From Thermoplasmata archaeon (lineage in GTDB: Archaea > Thermoplasmatota > Thermoplasmata > Lutacidiplasmatales > UBA184), in contig JBJKRJ010000057.1 of assembly GCA_046704665.1 (NCBI GenBank), positions 12,030 to 76,029 of the forward strand: a DNA stretch of 64,000 bases, read 5' to 3'. Within the stretch, counting starts at the first letter, position 1; each line of letters starts with the position of its first letter. Under the pieces are notes generated by a model. That model did no database searches. It had not been told where the DNA came from and saw only the letters and a list, made by a program, of their open reading frames with translations. Of this stretch, positions 36,470-45,646 are shown in pieces. The translations under genes and the position numbers were made by a program.

Positions 36470-39132
36470 ACCCCGGGCCCGTTCTCTTGGGAGGACGGGT
36501 CGGATGCGTCGAGCGTACGACGGGGACGACCCCGTCCGGCCGCCCGGGCGGAGCGCGGGTGCGAGGCCGGCCCTTCGGCCCGGGACACGGGAGCCACCCC
36601 GTCCGTGGTCGGAGAGAGCTGCGAGCGGCCGTGCTCCTTGGTCACGCGGACGACCCGGTCGGCGATCCCGGCAAGCTCCGCCTCGTGGGAGACCAGGATC
36701 ACCTGGGGCAGCCCGAGCTCGTCCAGGAGCTCTCCCATCCGAACGACCTGCTCCGGAGAGAATCCGTCGGTCGGTTCGTCGAGGAGGATCGTGTCGAGCT
36801 GAAGGCTCCCCAGGCTCCGTACGACCTCGGCGAGGGCGAGCCGGAAGGCGAGGGCGAGGCTCGTCCGTTCTCCCCCGCTCAGCGCCTCGGCCGGGGTCCA
36901 CTCCCCCTCGATCGACACCGCCGGAGTGAACGCGACGTCCGTCCGCGCGAGGAGCGCCGGGTCGTCGATCAAGGAAGCGAAGTAGCGGGCGAACCGACGC
37001 TCGAAGGCGCTCTGCGCGTGGGCGAGCAGCTTCTGCTCCATCGTCAGTACCGCGGTCCGGAACGGTCCCGAGACCCACTCTGCCTTCTGACCGAGATCGC
37101 TCGCCTCGGCCAAGATCGCGGCGCGCTCGGCCCTCCCCTTCTCCGCGGCGCGAAGGCGTCGCGCGGCCTCCTCGACCCGGGCCTCGAGCCGCGCCGCGAC
37201 GACCCGTTCGGACTCGAGCGCCGAACGCGCGGCCGCATCGACAGCCTGTGCATCGAGGTGGAGGCGGACCTTCGCTTCCCAGCCCTCGAGCGTGCGCCGG
37301 AGGGTGGCGGCCCGCTCCTCGCGTGTCGCGGCCCGCTCGCGCGTCTGCGCGAGGTCAGAGTCGAGGCGGCGGAGTTCTTCCTCTAGGGACCGTACGGTGT
37401 CGGTCGTCGATCGCACGCGCTCGGCCGCCGCCGTCGCGCGCTCCACAGCGCGCGCGAGCTTCCGGTAGTCCTCCTCGGACACGGCGAGCTCCTCCCGGAG
37501 CCGTCTCTCCTCCTGATCCGCCGCGGCCAGCCCGGCGGCGCGGTCGGCCGCGGCGTCCCGGGCGGCACCGGCCGAGTCGACCTTCGCACGCGCCTCCGCC
37601 AGCGTCGCATCGGCCCGCTCCACCGCGGCCCGGGCGAGTCCGCGTCGCTTCTCGACCTCCTGCCAGCGGTCGCGCGCCCGCTCGTACCGCTCGCGTGCCT
37701 GCCGCTCCTCCTCGAGCTTCTGACGGGCCGAGGTCGCCTCCCCGAGCTTCGCTTCGAGGCCCGAGGTCACCGATCGCGCTTCCTCCCGGTGGCCCTCGAA
37801 ATCCTGCGGGCGCACCGCCTGATGGCAGCGCGGGCAGACCCCCGCGGCCAGGAGCTCGTCGAGCTCCCCGAGGGCGCTCCGGCTTCCCGCGAGGCGTGTC
37901 AGCAGATCGCGTTCCACCTCCCGGGCCTGTAGGAGGTCGTGGTCGAGATCGGAGAGGGACCTCGCGGTAGGGGTCGGGGGTTCCCGGGTCGGGCCTTCCC
38001 GCCCGGTGCTTTCGGCCTCCCGGGTCCGGGCCTCTCGGTCCCGTACCGCGTCCCCCAGGGCTGCCTGCGCCTCCTCCGCCCGCCGGGCGGCGGCCGCGAG
38101 CTCGGCCCGGGCCTCCGCGAGCGCCCGGAGGGCCGCGGCATGCGCGTCGACGGCGTCCCTGGTCCGGCTGCGACGCGCATCGGCCGCCGTCAGGGCGGTC
38201 CGTCGGGCCTCGAGCTCGGCCGCTTCCCCCGCGGCCTCCTCGCCCGCCCGAAGCCGGCCCTCACGTTCCCGGAGCCGGTCCGATCGCGCCCGCTCGATCT
38301 GGTCCGCCCGCTGCCGGTCGTCCGCCTGCTCCCGTTCGAGGCTCGCGAGCTCTCGCCGATCGGCCTCCCCTCGACGGACCGTCTCTTCGGCCGCCGTCAG
38401 CGCCGCTCGCGCGGTCTCCGCCGCGGCCTCGCGGTCCCGGATCGAGGCGTCCAGCGAGCGACGCTCGAGGTTCCAGCGGTCGATCTCGGCCGTCGCCTCC
38501 GCCGCCTCCACATCGAAGTGGCGCATGCGCTCGGCCTCCGCCTGCCGGCCCCTCAGGCTCCTCCGAAGGTCGGCGGCCAGGTCGAGCGCGTTCTCTGCCG
38601 CGATACGGTACCGCTCGACCCCCAGGGCCTTACGGACGGTCTCGAGCCGCTCCTGCGGCCGGGCCGCCAGGATGTCCCGCATCCGCTCCTGGGGGACGTA
38701 GACCGCCCACCGCCAGAGGTCGGAATGCGCCTGAGGGTTCGGATTGTCGGGGAACCCGAGGAGTTCGATGACCCGTTGCCGGAGCTCGGTCGCCGAGTAG
38801 GTCGTCTCGGCGCCGTCGACGCGGAAGGTGATCCGCTCGGGCTCGAACGTCTCCTTCCCCCGCCGACGCACGCGACGGAAGCGGCGGGCGATCGTGTACC
38901 GATGCTCCGCATCCTGGAAGTCGACCTCCGTCTCGGCATGGGTCGTCCCGTGCCGGACGAGATAGGCCGCGTCGACCTCCGCGACCCCGAAGAGCGCCAT
39001 CTCGATCGCGTAAAGGAGGCTCGTCTTGCCGGCCCCGACGTCCCCGGCCAGCAGGGTCGTGCCGGGCGTGAACTCGACCTCGCCGGCGTCGTAGCTGCGG
39101 ATGTTCCGGACCCGAAGGCGGCGGAGCTGCAC
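36448..39132 (-). CDS. rad50: DNA double-strand break repair ATPase Rad50
   Basis: N-terminal Walker A GDVGAGKTSLLYAI, a long coiled coil with a CPRC zinc hook, and C-terminal signature SGGERTSLALAF plus Walker B/D-loop LLDEPTDGFS. Confidence 0.85.
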   Translation of the reverse strand: MQLRRLRVRNIRSYDAGEVEFTPGTTLLAGDVGAGKTSLLYAIEMALFGVAEVDAAYLVRHGTTHAETEVDFQDAEHRYTIARRFRRVRRRGKETFEPERITFRVDGAETTYSATELRQRVIELLGFPDNPNPQAHSDLWRWAVYVPQERMRDILAARPQERLETVRKALGVERYRIAAENALDLAADLRRSLRGRQAEAERMRHFDVEAAEATAEIDRWNLERRSLDASIRDREAAAETARAALTAAEETVRRGEADRRELASLEREQADDRQRADQIERARSDRLREREGRLRAGEEAAGEAAELEARRTALTAADARRSRTRDAVDAHAAALRALAEARAELAAAARRAEEAQAALGDAVRDREARTREAESTGREGPTREPPTPTARSLSDLDHDLLQAREVERDLLTRLAGSRSALGELDELLAAGVCPRCHQAVRPQDFEGHREEARSVTSGLEAKLGEATSARQKLEEERQARERYERARDRWQEVEKRRGLARAAVERADATLAEARAKVDSAGAARDAAADRAAGLAAADQEERRLREELAVSEEDYRKLARAVERATAAAERVRSTTDTVRSLEEELRRLDSDLAQTRERAATREERAATLRRTLEGWEAKVRLHLDAQAVDAAARSALESERVVAARLEARVEEAARRLRAAEKGRAERAAILAEASDLGQKAEWVSGPFRTAVLTMEQKLLAHAQSAFERRFARYFASLIDDPALLARTDVAFTPAVSIEGEWTPAEALSGGERTSLALAFRLALAEVVRSLGSLQLDTILLDEPTDGFSPEQVVRMGELLDELGLPQVILVSHEAELAGIADRVVRVTKEHGRSQLSPTTDGVAPVSRAEGPASHPRSARAAGRGRPRRTLDASDPSSQENGPGVHASSPR

Positions 39133-39146
39133 GACCCCGCTCCCTC

Positions 39147-40427
39147 TCAGGCCCCGGGGTCCTCCCGGACCTCGAGCAGTCGTCGGGCGCCCGTAAGGCG
39201 CGCGTTCGCGTAGTCCTGCCGGGACTCCCCCTCCCCCTTCGGGATCCCGAGCTCGCGCAGGAGCTCACGGACGCGCCGATCGCCGTCCGGGCCCTCGAGC
39301 CACGGCGCGCGGGGCCGCGTGTCGGTCAGCAGCGACTCGAGCTCCTGCCGTTCCACTTCGGACTCCGTGAGCGCCGGGGAGCCGTCCGGTCCGGGCGGCA
39401 CGAGGTCGCGGACATCCCAGTGGACCGTCCCGGCCCCTTTCCCCGCCGCCCGGGAGACCTCGCTCAGCGCGAGGCTCGCCAGCGTCCCGTCGGTGAGGGT
39501 CCCGTGGACCCGGGGAAAGACGAGCGACCCGGGGGCCGACTCGTCGAGCACCCGGCGGCGCAGCTCGTCCCGCGCCTCTTCGGAGCTCTTGCCCGAGACG
39601 TCGACGTCGACCAGCCGAACCGTGTCGCGGGGCGTGGTGTCGACATACTCGGCGGACGGCCGACCGTCCCGCACCGAGACGATGACGATCCCCTGGTGGG
39701 TGCGGCCGGCCTGGCCGTTCTCGAGGTCGGTGCGGCTCGTGCCGAAGACGGCGCCGGGATTGACCAGGAGTCCTCCGCCCGGCCCGGTGCCCTCGTAGGT
39801 GTAGTGGATGTGTCCCCCCGCGTAGTAGTCGCAGCCGACCGGGAGGTCCTCGACCCGGATCCCGTGGATGTGCTCCCGCAGCGCCGGGGGAAGATAGTCG
39901 TCGACCGCCGCGTGGAACTGGAAGACCTTGAAGCCCGGTGCCGCGCGGAACGACTCGGAATCGACGGAGCGGAAGTACTCCCGGTCGAGCCCGTGCGAAC
40001 GGCCCGAGATTCCCGCGATCCGCGCCCCCGTCGGCTCGTCCAGGACGAACGGAAGGGTGAACCGGGTCCCCTCGGAACGGACCGCCTCGGGGGCGACCCG
40101 GAGAAAGACCCCGGTCTCGGCGAGGACGTCGAGCCAGCTCGTGCGGTGCGCGACGTAGTCGTGCGAGCCGTAGATCACGTAGATGCGTATCCCCCGGTCG
40201 ACGAGCCGGCGGAGCGCCGCGGCGACCGGCGCGACCTCGGCCGGGTCCGGCACGGGGGTGTGAAAGAGATCGCCCGAGATCAGCAGGAACTCGACCGAAC
40301 GCTCCTCGGCGACCTCGAGGGCGCGCAGCAGGCTCGACCGGAGCGCCGAGCGGATCGCCGGGTCCCTCGGCCAGGCCCCGACATGCGCGTCCGCGAGATG
40401 GGCGAAGACGAAGCTAGCCGAGCCCAT
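39147..40427 (-). CDS. mre11: DNA repair nuclease Mre11 (calcineurin-like phosphoesterase)
   Basis: FAHLADAHVG...LISGDLFH...YVIYGSHDY are phosphoesterase motifs I-III. It sits immediately upstream of rad50. Confidence 0.85.
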   Translation of the reverse strand: MGSASFVFAHLADAHVGAWPRDPAIRSALRSSLLRALEVAEERSVEFLLISGDLFHTPVPDPAEVAPVAAALRRLVDRGIRIYVIYGSHDYVAHRTSWLDVLAETGVFLRVAPEAVRSEGTRFTLPFVLDEPTGARIAGISGRSHGLDREYFRSVDSESFRAAPGFKVFQFHAAVDDYLPPALREHIHGIRVEDLPVGCDYYAGGHIHYTYEGTGPGGGLLVNPGAVFGTSRTDLENGQAGRTHQGIVIVSVRDGRPSAEYVDTTPRDTVRLVDVDVSGKSSEEARDELRRRVLDESAPGSLVFPRVHGTLTDGTLASLALSEVSRAAGKGAGTVHWDVRDLVPPGPDGSPALTESEVERQELESLLTDTRPRAPWLEGPDGDRRVRELLRELGIPKGEGESRQDYANARLTGARRLLEVREDPGA

Positions 40428-40436
40428 CCGGCCCCC

Positions 40437-40850
40437 TCACGGAGACTTCGAGCCCGAGGTCGTGCGTCGATCGGATTTCGGCGGGGACGGAGCCAGATCC
40501 TGCATCCGTTTCGTCATCGCCGCGAGAAGCCCGGCGCCGGCCCCCATCGCGAGGATGCCGAGCAGAAAGAAGTCGTCCCCCGCGGTCGCGGGGGCCGTAG
40601 GAGGGGCCTTCATGGGGGACGGCGGTGCGGGCCGCTCCATGACCGGGGGCGGCGACGGCGCCCGCATCATGGCCGAGCGGGCGGCCTCGCTCGCGCGGAG
40701 CATGCCGTCCATGAGGGTGTAGAGCTCGGTCGCCTCCTCCATGGTCATCTGGCGATTCCTCAGGCGAGCGACCAGGTAGACGTACCGTTGATTCCGTTGG
40801 CCGATCGGGGGGGGAGCGGTCATCGAGGCGGTCACCGTTTCGGGGAACAC
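40437..40850 (-). CDS. Hypothetical small protein with a C-terminal TM anchor, first gene of the mre11-rad50 operon
   Basis: 137 aa with a Pro-rich linker and TM FFLLGILAMGAGAGLLAAM. It stops 10 nt before mre11; a GGGGG Shine-Dalgarno-like element follows. Confidence 0.4.
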   Translation of the reverse strand: MFPETVTASMTAPPPIGQRNQRYVYLVARLRNRQMTMEEATELYTLMDGMLRASEAARSAMMRAPSPPPVMERPAPPSPMKAPPTAPATAGDDFFLLGILAMGAGAGLLAAMTKRMQDLAPSPPKSDRRTTSGSKSP

Positions 40851-40900
40851 GGCGTACGACCCAGAGCGCGCCGGCTCTTGAAGGGTGCCGGGCGGTCCCG

Positions 40901-41305
40901 GTGTTCGAGCGCAGCGTTATCTCTCGTCCCCGCCTGCCACGGAGGATGACCTCCTCGGATGCCTCCGGCACGGGCGAACGGGACCGCCACCTCCACGTAC
41001 GGCTCACGGACGACCGGAGCTCGATCTACGACCTGATCACGGAGTACCTCCAGGCATCGGGGAAGGCCCCCGACTGGTACTGGCGGACCGCCGGTCGTCT
41101 CGAGGGCACGGAGGGCGACAACTTCGAGGAGATCCTATCGAGCGCCTTCGAGGCAGGCGCGTTCGTCGCCCACGACCACCCCGAGGACCTCGAGTTCAAG
41201 TGGGTCTCCGAGGAGGAGTGCGAGCGCGAGCGGCGGCGCGAGGAGCGCGGGGCCCAGGGCGAGGCCGCGAAGAAGGAGCGCTCGAGCCTGAGCCACTACG
41301 CCTGA
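40901..41305 (+). CDS. Hypothetical protein with an acidic, Glu/Arg-rich C-terminus
   Basis: 134-aa ORF with no recognisable motif. Confidence 0.3.
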   Translation: MFERSVISRPRLPRRMTSSDASGTGERDRHLHVRLTDDRSSIYDLITEYLQASGKAPDWYWRTAGRLEGTEGDNFEEILSSAFEAGAFVAHDHPEDLEFKWVSEEECERERRREERGAQGEAAKKERSSLSHYA

Positions 41306-41323
41306 CGGGATCCGAGGACCCGG

Positions 41324-42100
41324 CTAATCGCGGCCGGCCCGCCAGCTCTGGAGCTCTCCCCCGTCGACGACGAGGGTCTCCCCCGTGATGAACCGCGCCC
41401 CACCCGAGGCGAGGAAGGCGACCGCGTGGGCGACGTCCTCGGGCTCTCCCCACCGGCCCCGCGGAATGCCGCGTTCGATCGCCGCCCGATGGGAGGGGTT
41501 CTCGTAGAGGCTCCGGGTCATGTCGGTGCGCACCCAGCCCGGGGCGACCGCGTTCACGCGGACGTGGGGCGCGAGGGCGAGCGCGAGGCTCCGCGTCAGC
41601 GAGATCACTCCGGCCTTGGCGGCCGCGTAAGCGACCTCCTCGGGGTACGAGATCATGCCCGAGATGGAGGCGACCAGAACCACCGAGCCCCGGTTCCGCG
41701 CGAGCTCGGGCGCCGCGGCACGAACCGTCGCGTAGGGGCCCACGAGCAGGGTCGCGAGGAGCTGCTGCCACTCAGTGGCGCTCGGGTTCTCCCAGCCCAC
41801 CGTCCCGACCGCTCCGGCGTTCGGGACCACCACGTCGAGCCTCCCGAGGGCCGAGAGGGCCTCCGCGACGAACCGCGCGCTGTCCTCTGCGTCGGCCGCG
41901 TCCGAGGCCCGGTAGTGTGCCGTCCGTCCGAGGGCGACGATCTCCCGGGCCAACCGCTCGGCCTCCTCGGCCGCGCGTCGGAACGTGAAGGCGACATCGT
42001 AGCCGGAGCGGGCGAACGAGAGCGCGATCGCCCGGCCGATCCCCCGCGACGCGCCGGTCACAAGCGCCACGCGCGGTGCGGAACGGGAGGAGTCGGTCAC
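41324..42100 (-). CDS. Short-chain dehydrogenase/reductase (FabG-like)
   Basis: VALVTGASRGIGRAIAL, a Rossmann loop and YxxxK (YAAAKAG). The probable GTG start overlaps the upstream SDR stop (GTGA). Confidence 0.75.
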   Translation of the reverse strand: MTDSSRSAPRVALVTGASRGIGRAIALSFARSGYDVAFTFRRAAEEAERLAREIVALGRTAHYRASDAADAEDSARFVAEALSALGRLDVVVPNAGAVGTVGWENPSATEWQQLLATLLVGPYATVRAAAPELARNRGSVVLVASISGMISYPEEVAYAAAKAGVISLTRSLALALAPHVRVNAVAPGWVRTDMTRSLYENPSHRAAIERGIPRGRWGEPEDVAHAVAFLASGGARFITGETLVVDGGELQSWRAGRD

Positions 42101-42849
42101 CGCAGTGCGATCCCTCCGTCCACTCCGAGGACGGTGCCGGTGACCCAGGACGCCTCGGGGCTCAACAGGTAGCGGACGGCCGGCGCTAGGTCGTCGACCT
42201 CGCCCCAACGCCCGAGCGGGGTGCGTCGCTCGATCTTCCTCCGGAACTCCGGGTCCTCGTGGCCGCCCCGGTTCATGTCGGTCCGGATGAATCCGGGGGC
42301 GAGCGAGTTGACCCGGATCTGGGGCGCGAGCTCGAGCGCGAGGGCCCGGGTCATTTGCTCGATCGCGGCCTTCGCCATCTGATAGGGCGCGGCGCCGACC
42401 CCGGGGTGGCTCCCGAAGACCGAGGAGAGCGTGACGACCGCCGGCTGCTCGCCCTTGCGCAGCCACGGCACGGCCGCCTGGACCGTGCGAAAGCTCCCTT
42501 CGAGGTCGGTGTGGATCACCTCGTCCCATTCAGCCGCGTCGACCTCTTCGAGCAGGGGCCCCCGGTAGACCCCGGCCGAGGTGACGAGCCCGTCGATGCG
42601 TCCGCGCCAAGCCCCTACCTCCCGGAGCAAGGACTCGACGTCCGTGCGCTTCCGGACGTCCGCGGCGAAGGTGCGCGCCTCTCGTCCCAGCTCGCGGACC
42701 GAGGCCGCCACCGAATCGGCTGCGTCGCCGCGCTCATGGTAGTGGATCGCTACGGCCGCGCCCGCCCGGGCCAGCTCGATCGCCACCGCGCGGCCGATCC
42801 CACGTGAACCGCCCGTGACGAGGACCACCCGGCCCGGAAGTTCGAACAA
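42097..42849 (-). CDS. Short-chain dehydrogenase/reductase (second, tandem)
   Basis: VVLVTGGSRGIGRAVAI...YQMAKAA. No ATG is in frame, so a TTG start is likely. Confidence 0.8.
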   Translation of the reverse strand: MFELPGRVVLVTGGSRGIGRAVAIELARAGAAVAIHYHERGDAADSVAASVRELGREARTFAADVRKRTDVESLLREVGAWRGRIDGLVTSAGVYRGPLLEEVDAAEWDEVIHTDLEGSFRTVQAAVPWLRKGEQPAVVTLSSVFGSHPGVGAAPYQMAKAAIEQMTRALALELAPQIRVNSLAPGFIRTDMNRGGHEDPEFRRKIERRTPLGRWGEVDDLAPAVRYLLSPEASWVTGTVLGVDGGIALR

Positions 42850-42996
42850 GGTAACCGGCCAACACCCCGAGCGAGAAAACTCCTCTGCCGGGTTCAGCGA
42901 GGGGTATCGTCCCCGATGGGGGAAAAGAGTTCACCGCGCGGACCCGCAGCCCACAGGCCCGCGCGGCGAGGGTCGACCGATCGCGGAGCGAGCGGC

Positions 42997-43038
42997 CTAC
43001 GGCTTCTTCTTCGACTTACACCCACAGGTGTCGCACAT
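42997..43038 (-). CDS. Candidate micro-ORF encoding MCDTCGCKSKKKP (13 aa). It is preceded by a TATA-like box and is upstream of the SDR pair.
   Basis: The ATG is about 38 nt downstream of ttttatac (minus strand). It could be a Cys-rich micro-protein or a uORF. This call is speculative. Confidence 0.2.
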   Translation of the reverse strand: MCDTCGCKSKKKP

Positions 43039-43164
43039 GTCGGGCGCCTCAACCCCACCCAGCGCCACACCCCGTATAAAACTGTGGGAAATGGTTGCAA
43101 CGACCGGCGCAGCGGCGCGGGGGGCGACCGACCGTCCGGTCCGAGGGACCCGCCGGTGTCGAGT

Positions 43165-45309
43165 CTAGATCGGGATCACCGAGCGCGCCACGATGAGCGC
43201 GACGAACAGGATCGAGATCGTGTTGACGACCTTGATCAGCGGATTGATCGCGGGTCCGGCGGTGTCCTTGGTCGCGTCGCCGACGGTGTCGCCGACGACC
43301 GCTGCCTTGTGGGCCTCCGACTTCTTCCCGCCGTAGTGGCCGCTCTCGATGTACTTCTTGCCGTTGTCCCAGGCCGCGCCGCCCGTCGTCATCATGAGGG
43401 CGAGGGGGAAGCCCGAGATGATCGTCCCGAGCAAAAAGCCGGCCAGGGCGACCGGTCCCAGAAGGAACCCGACCGCGAGCGGGGTGGCGACCCCGATGAT
43501 CGCGGGCACGGCGAGCTGCTGGAGCGCGGTGAGCGTCACGATGTCGACGCACTTGCCGTAGTCCGGCTTCGCCTTCCCTTCCAGGATCCCGGCGATCTCG
43601 CGGAACTGGCGGCGGATCTCGAAGACCATCTTCTCGGCGGCGATCCCGACCGCGCGCATCAGGAAGGACGTGAAGAAGAACGGCACGACGGCACCGATCG
43701 TCAGGCCCGCGACCACGAGCGGTTGCGAAAGCGTGAGCATGCTCGTGAACTCGTTCCAGGTGTGTCCGCCGCCCCAGTAGTTCGCCGCTGCGAACGTGTA
43801 GCCCGCGAACAGCGCGAGGGCCGCGAGGACGGCTGAGCCGATCGCATACCCCTTCGTGATCGCCTTCGTGGTGTTGCCGACCGCGTCGAGCGGGTCGGTG
43901 ATCGCCCGCGCCTCTTCGGGGAGCTGCGCCATCTCGGCGATGCCGCCCGCGTTGTCGGTGATCGGCCCGAACGCGTCGATGGAGATGATCATCCCGGTCA
44001 CGCTGAGCATGCTCGCCGCGGCGAGCCCGATCCCGTAGAGCCCCATGTAGGGGTCCGGCGCGCCCCCCCAGACAAAGCCGTTGAAGAAGCCCCCGGCCGC
44101 GAACGAGATCAGCGTGGCGCCGACCAGGACGAGCCCGGGGATCCAGGCCGATTCGAGACCGACGGAAAGGCCGTTGATGACGGTCGGCCCGGCCCCCGCC
44201 TGGGAGGCCTCGGCGATCTTCTGCACCGGGCGGTACTTCGTCCCCGTGTAGTAGTCGGTCGAGATCACGATCAGGACCATCACGAGGAGGCCGACGACCG
44301 TCGCGATGAAGATCCCGATGTTCCCGTTCATGAAGTAGTAGTCCAAGATATAGAGACCGATCACGCCGACCGCGGTGGTCGCGGCGAGCCCCTGGTACAG
44401 GGCGCCCATGATCGTCCCGCGAGCGCGCATGCGCACGAAGAACGTGCCGATGACCGTGGAGACGATCGCCCAGGCGCAGACGAGGAGCGGGAAGAGCACC
44501 GCGTTCGGGAAGAGGGTGACGATGGCGGTCACGCTCGCGTCCGTCGAGGCCGCGTTCTGGATCAGGTAGGCGAGCAGCATCGCCGCAAGCGCGGTGACCA
44601 CGTAGGTCTCGAAGAGGTCGGCCGCCATGCCGGCACAGTCGCCGACGTTGTCGCCGACGTTGTCCGCGATGACGCCCGGATTGCGTGGGTCATCCTCGGG
44701 GATCCCGGCCTCGACCTTGCCGACGAGATCGGTACCGACGTCCGCGCCCTTCGTGTAGATCCCGCCTCCGACCCGGGCGAAGAGGCTCATCAAGGAGGTG
44801 CCGAAGAGAAGACCGACCATGACCAGGACGTCCCCTCCGAAGGCCCAGTAGAACCCGACGAGCTCGAGGAGCGCGAGGCTGGCGACCGACATCCCGGTCA
44901 CGCTGCCGCCCCGGAACGCGAAGTTCATGGTCTCTGCGAGCTTGCCGCGCCGGGCGTGCGCGGCCGTGCGCACGTTCGCGCGAATGCTCACCACCATTCC
45001 GACCGCGCCCGCGAGAGCGCTGCCGGCGGCACCGAAGAGGAAGCCGGTCGCGAGCTTCCATCCGTCACCGGTGATGCCGAAGGCGACCGCGATGACGATC
45101 GCGAGCACGATCGCCACCATGAACATGAACATGTACTCCCGGCGCAGGAAGGCCATCGCGCCCTCCCGGATCGCGGCCGAGATCGACTGCATCCGCTCGT
45201 CACCCGCGTCCTCGCGGAGGACGAGCATCGTCTGGATGGCCGCGTAGACGACGCCCAACACTCCGGCCAGGAAGATCAGAAGCTCAAGCTGCCCGGTCGA
45301 TAGTCCCAT
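43165..45309 (-). CDS. hppA: Membrane-bound proton-translocating pyrophosphatase (K+-insensitive or V-type H+-PPase)
   Basis: GVIADNVGDNVGDCAGMAADLFETY, DNAGGIAEM and DTVGD motifs. 714 aa with about 16 TM helices. Confidence 0.9.
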   Translation of the reverse strand: MGLSTGQLELLIFLAGVLGVVYAAIQTMLVLREDAGDERMQSISAAIREGAMAFLRREYMFMFMVAIVLAIVIAVAFGITGDGWKLATGFLFGAAGSALAGAVGMVVSIRANVRTAAHARRGKLAETMNFAFRGGSVTGMSVASLALLELVGFYWAFGGDVLVMVGLLFGTSLMSLFARVGGGIYTKGADVGTDLVGKVEAGIPEDDPRNPGVIADNVGDNVGDCAGMAADLFETYVVTALAAMLLAYLIQNAASTDASVTAIVTLFPNAVLFPLLVCAWAIVSTVIGTFFVRMRARGTIMGALYQGLAATTAVGVIGLYILDYYFMNGNIGIFIATVVGLLVMVLIVISTDYYTGTKYRPVQKIAEASQAGAGPTVINGLSVGLESAWIPGLVLVGATLISFAAGGFFNGFVWGGAPDPYMGLYGIGLAAASMLSVTGMIISIDAFGPITDNAGGIAEMAQLPEEARAITDPLDAVGNTTKAITKGYAIGSAVLAALALFAGYTFAAANYWGGGHTWNEFTSMLTLSQPLVVAGLTIGAVVPFFFTSFLMRAVGIAAEKMVFEIRRQFREIAGILEGKAKPDYGKCVDIVTLTALQQLAVPAIIGVATPLAVGFLLGPVALAGFLLGTIISGFPLALMMTTGGAAWDNGKKYIESGHYGGKKSEAHKAAVVGDTVGDATKDTAGPAINPLIKVVNTISILFVALIVARSVIPI

Positions 45310-45439
45310 ACATCATCCCCCGAAAGGCTCGCCGACCGAGCGGGGTACGCAATTAAACATTGCCGGCGCCCGGGTCGTAAGGGCCGTCAATACGCATGCA
45401 CCATCGGTTTCATACGGGGCTATCCTCCCCCGGTCGATC

Positions 45440-45634
45440 GTGCAGTCGGCCCCGTCTCGAGAGTCCCTGGCGCGCCGACAGAGGATCCTCTGCCGGATCT
45501 GTGGCCGTCGGATCGAGATCCTCCGGATACGGGACCATTTGCGCACCGATCATCAGGTGGATTCGTCGACCCTCGAGAGGGCCTATCTGGACGCGCGGAT
45601 CGAGGCGAAGCGCGCGCAGCGCACGCGGGGCTAG
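45440..45634 (+). CDS. Putative small C2H2 zinc-finger protein (64 aa, GTG start)
   Basis: CRICGRRIEILRIRDHLRTDHQ has the spacing C-x2-C-x12-H-x4-H. It lies in the hppA-thrS intergenic region. Confidence 0.35.
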   Translation: MQSAPSRESLARRQRILCRICGRRIEILRIRDHLRTDHQVDSSTLERAYLDARIEAKRAQRTRG

Positions 45635-45646
45635 AGGACGCGCCGG

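Noticed and set aside
36000-39132. Repetitive gcc/ggc-rich periodicity inside rad50, which could be mistaken for tandem repeats or a CRISPR array
   Set aside because: It is coding sequence for the Ala/Arg/Glu-rich coiled coil. There is no repeat-spacer structure.
39420-40949. 509-aa plus-strand ORF across mre11 and its upstream gene
   Set aside because: It is antisense to Mre11, whose phosphoesterase motifs are intact, and has no recognisable domain.
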